Part shown: one piece after another, positions 29,365 to 32,000 of the stretch
Layout: each line of letters starts with the position of its first letter
How positions within the stretch are numbered: position 1 is the first letter of the stretch
Assembly (NCBI RefSeq): GCF_020885515.1
Contig: NZ_AP024987.1
Coordinates: forward strand, 1,140,001-1,172,000
Direction of reading: 5' to 3'
DNA from: a cyanobacterium endosymbiont of Braarudosphaera bigelowii
GTDB taxonomy: Bacteria > Cyanobacteriota > Cyanobacteriia > Cyanobacteriales > Microcystaceae
Length of the DNA stretch: 32,000 bases
Notes under the pieces: generated by a model
What the model was told of the DNA's origin: nothing
The model's input: only the letters and a program-made list of their open reading frames with translations
Databases searched by the model: none
Program-made: the position numbers and the translations under genes

Positions 29365-29913
29365 TCATCTTAATGATTTTAAGTATTTTTTGTGTATGAT
29401 TTTAAATATTTTTTTAATTCGTAGATCTAGAGAAAATCCACGTTGAGCTTGAATCAATATAGTATTACTGATCATATCATGCAATGTTTGACTATATCGT
29501 TTTTGGCTTCCTAAGGCTGCACTGAAGTCTACTATTAAAGGAGTTATCAAAAGTAGCATCGAAAGACCATTATTAAGATTAATACTAAATCCTAATATAG
29601 CTAACAAAGCTAATAATCCTAGAGTAATTTCACGTTTAAGAATTTCATCTAATCGGGGAATACGTCCACATCGAACACTTGTAATTTTTAAATCAAATGC
29701 CCAGTTACCTAAACTTTGTCCTTTATTTTTAAAAACTACAACTACTTTTAATATTAACCATATGAAAATAAAAATAGTATTTTGCAGAATTCCTTTAAAA
29801 AAAGAGCTTAAAAACCATATTGTAATAAAATCTAGTAAAAATGCATATATTCGACGATTAAATGGTGCCTTTGAAAAATGATTATGTACCAATGATGAAT
29901 GCTTAGAAGACAT
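29365..29913 (-). CDS. RDD-family integral membrane protein
   Basis: 182 aa with 3-4 TM segments. The N-terminal RRIYAFLLDFITIW and the central KGQSLGNWAFDLKI resemble the R..D...D / GqtlGk...gl.v pattern of the RDD domain. Confidence 0.55.
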   Translation of the reverse strand: MSSKHSSLVHNHFSKAPFNRRIYAFLLDFITIWFLSSFFKGILQNTIFIFIWLILKVVVVFKNKGQSLGNWAFDLKITSVRCGRIPRLDEILKREITLGLLALLAILGFSINLNNGLSMLLLITPLIVDFSAALGSQKRYSQTLHDMISNTILIQAQRGFSLDLRIKKIFKIIHKKYLKSLR

Positions 29914-30182
29914 ATAACTTACTATAAATCGATATTAATTTAATTTTCAATAAGCATTCTATTGCATCTAACTATTAGTTAATAAATATATTTTGAAAAA
30001 TTCAATCTTTTACTTGATGTTATTCTTAATATAAACATATTTATTAAACTAAAGATTATTACTTATTTAATACATTAAGAATACTACCTAAATATGGCAA
30101 AGAATTATTTATAGTCTTATTTAGTATATAAAAGAGTTAAATAAAATTAATTTATAAACTTTTAACTTATAAAAAAATAGTT

Positions 30183-30668
30183 TTAACGGAACAGGTTACT
30201 AGATGACTTTGGGTAGAAATTTACAATAAATAATAAAATAATACCAAAATTGATTGAAATATCAGCTAAATTAAATATTGGAAAATTAATTAAACGAAAG
30301 TCCAAAAAATCCACCACATATCCAAAGAAAAATCTATCAACTCCATTACCAAGAGCCCCTGCTAGTATAAAACCATAGCCTAACTGCTCAAGCACCTTCA
30401 TCTTTTCCCCAAATAAAGATAATACTATTAATCCTATACTTATTCCTAGGGAGATCCAACGTAACCAGATTACTCCTCCCTCAAAGAAACTAAAAGCAGT
30501 TCCGGTGTTTATAACATAAGTAAAATGAAAAATTCTAGGCAAAAAAGGAATTGTATCTCCAATTTCAATAAATGATTTCATTACCCAATACTTACTAATC
30601 TGGTCTAGTAGTAAATTGCTAAAACCGATTAGCCAAAACCATATATTTTTTTTTAGAATGTTATTCAT
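30183..30668 (-). CDS. lspA: Lipoprotein signal peptidase (signal peptidase II)
   Basis: 161 aa with DQISKYWV, NTGTAFSF, GNGVDR, VVDFLDF and FNLADISI. Both catalytic Asp regions are present. Confidence 0.9.
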   Translation of the reverse strand: MNNILKKNIWFWLIGFSNLLLDQISKYWVMKSFIEIGDTIPFLPRIFHFTYVINTGTAFSFFEGGVIWLRWISLGISIGLIVLSLFGEKMKVLEQLGYGFILAGALGNGVDRFFFGYVVDFLDFRLINFPIFNLADISINFGIILLFIVNFYPKSSSNLFR

Positions 30669-30673
30669 ATTTG

Positions 30674-31249
30674 CTAATAAAATAGAATATGACGCAAAAT
30701 AAAAGCTAAAAAAGCTGTAGCACAGGCTATAATTAATTGTGAAAAGATAGAATCAATAGAATAATTCATCATAAGATTTAATAAATCTGGTGTTGATAAG
30801 GCCAGAGGCTTTAGCATCCAAAAAATAAATAAATAAGTCAGACCAAAAATATGTATAGCTAGCAAACCACTTATTGTACTCATAAGTAAAATTTCTAATT
30901 TGGTTTTATATTTAAAAGATAGCCATCCACATAGCCAAGCTCCAGGAGCAAAGCCCAAAATATAACCGAAAGTAGGGTCTCTAAAGTATTGAAGACCTCC
31001 CCCATTAATAAAAATGGGATATAAAAAAAGTCCTAGTAGTAAATAAGAGATTTGTGATAGGAATCCTGCATTTTTTCCTCCCATGCACCCTGTTAATAAA
31101 ACAGCTCCTATCTGAAGAGTTATACCTAAAGACAGATGACTAACATCTTCTCCTCGAAAATTCCAAGCTATACTTGCTTCAGCAAAAACGCTAAAAATTG
31201 TTAATAATAATCCAATTATAGTCCAAAGTAATTCATTAACAAAAAGCAC
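30674..31249 (-). CDS. bioY: Biotin transporter BioY (solitary S-component type)
   Basis: 191 aa with 5-6 TM segments. PTFGYILGFAPGAWLCGWL and the overall glycine-rich TM pattern match the BioY family. The stop lies 5 nt upstream of the lspA start, on the same strand. Confidence 0.78.
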   Translation of the reverse strand: MLFVNELLWTIIGLLLTIFSVFAEASIAWNFRGEDVSHLSLGITLQIGAVLLTGCMGGKNAGFLSQISYLLLGLFLYPIFINGGGLQYFRDPTFGYILGFAPGAWLCGWLSFKYKTKLEILLMSTISGLLAIHIFGLTYLFIFWMLKPLALSTPDLLNLMMNYSIDSIFSQLIIACATAFLAFILRHILFY

Positions 31250-31525
31250 AATTAATAAATAGTATTTATATATCTTAATAATTTTATATCTTTATGTATA
31301 GGGTTCACAAATAGTTGGAGACTATCCACCACAACTTATCTCTAAATCAATTTTAGTATAATTATTTATAACAGTAGTAAAAGTACCTTCTTATAAGATT
31401 ATGATATCTTTTTTGTTCGAAATATTGACGATTCTAGCCATTGCTTGGAGTTTTTAAACTTTTGACATAGTTAGTATAGTAATACGGTAAAATGTAATAG
31501 TTATCTATTCTTAATCATAGATTCA

Positions 31526-32000
31526 ATGACAATTGAGCGACAAAAACTGGATCATTCTTTATTAAATATTCATCATTTAGGAGATAAAGATTTACGTAAG
31601 TCTGCAAAACGAATTTCCAAAATTGATGATTCTATTCGTCAACTAGCTAGAGATATGCTACAAACTATGTATAACTCTAATGGTATTGGTTTAGCTTCCA
31701 CTCAAATTGGTATTCATAAGCAATTAATTGTTATTAATTGTGAACCTGAAACCTCTACCAATACCCCTTTAATTTTAATTAATCCTAAAATTAATTATTA
31801 CTCTCAAGAATCATGTGTTATGGAAGAAGGCTGCTTGAGCATTCCTGGTGTATATCTTGATGTAACTCGTCCTGAAATGATTCAAGTTTCTTTTAAAGAT
31901 GAATATGGAAAACCTTGTCAAATAGAAGCTAGTGATCTATTGGCAAGAGTAATTCAACATGAGATTGACCATCTTAATGGTGTCATGTTTGTTGATAGAG
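31526..32000 (+). CDS. def: Peptide deformylase (5' part; the gene runs off the right edge of the window)
   Basis: My own translation from the ATG at 31526 gives MTIERQKLDHSLLNIHHLGDKDLRKSAKRI...GIGLASTQIG...EEGCLSIPG...QHEIDHLNGVMFVDR. All three deformylase motifs (GIGLAAxQ, EGCLS, HExDH) are present. It is absent from the ORF track because no stop falls within the window. Confidence 0.9.
   Translation, partial: MTIERQKLDHSLLNIHHLGDKDLRKSAKRISKIDDSIRQLARDMLQTMYNSNGIGLASTQIGIHKQLIVINCEPETSTNTPLILINPKINYYSQESCVMEEGCLSIPGVYLDVTRPEMIQVSFKDEYGKPCQIEASDLLARVIQHEIDHLNGVMFVDR

Noticed and set aside
31401-31457. 18-codon hydrophobic mini-ORF (MISFLFEILTILAIAWSF) upstream of def. Similar T-rich mini-ORFs occur in 28833..29364.
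   Set aside because: There is no SD sequence and no resemblance to known small photosystem or cytochrome b6f subunits. The hydrophobicity is what T-rich non-coding DNA produces on translation.

Overview
This is a very AT-rich chromosomal segment, roughly 30% G+C by eye (not computed). I can support about 24 protein-coding genes, 2 tRNA-Ser genes, several unusually long perfect hairpins and two perfect tandem duplications. The gene content is cyanobacterial core housekeeping: ycf34, a CCA-adding enzyme, rimI, pdhB, secD-secF, tsaD, ferrochelatase with the cyanobacterial C-terminal CAB/Hlip-type helix, a UbiA-type 4-hydroxybenzoate prenyltransferase, recG, thiO-thiG (4-nt overlap), ispG and psaK. 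It continues with a divergent UvrD-like SF1 helicase, a folate-biopterin transporter, enolase, a UbiH-like flavin monooxygenase, a large B12-domain radical-SAM/DUF2344 fusion, a STAS protein, an RDD-family membrane protein, bioY-lspA and the 5' part of def. Ycf34 and PsaK look Synechocystis/Cyanothece-like from memory. Together with the AT bias, the N/K/I-rich proteins and the 270-530 bp featureless spacers, this points to a genome-reduced unicellular cyanobacterium of the Crocosphaera/Cyanothece lineage, such as UCYN-A (Candidatus Atelocyanobacterium thalassa). That assignment is an inference and needs a database search. I found no CRISPR array, transposase, integrase, toxin-antitoxin pair, restriction-modification genes, defence island or secondary-metabolite cluster, so I do not think the window holds a novel multi-gene system. 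The items most worth a second look are (i) two overlapping, mutually exclusive long palindromes just upstream of the TTG-initiated divergent helicase, (ii) that helicase, (iii) the uncharacterised radical-SAM fusion retained in a reduced genome, (iv) the thiO/thiG junction, (v) a perfect 41-bp tandem duplication, and (vi) an orphan N/K-rich ORF at the left edge.
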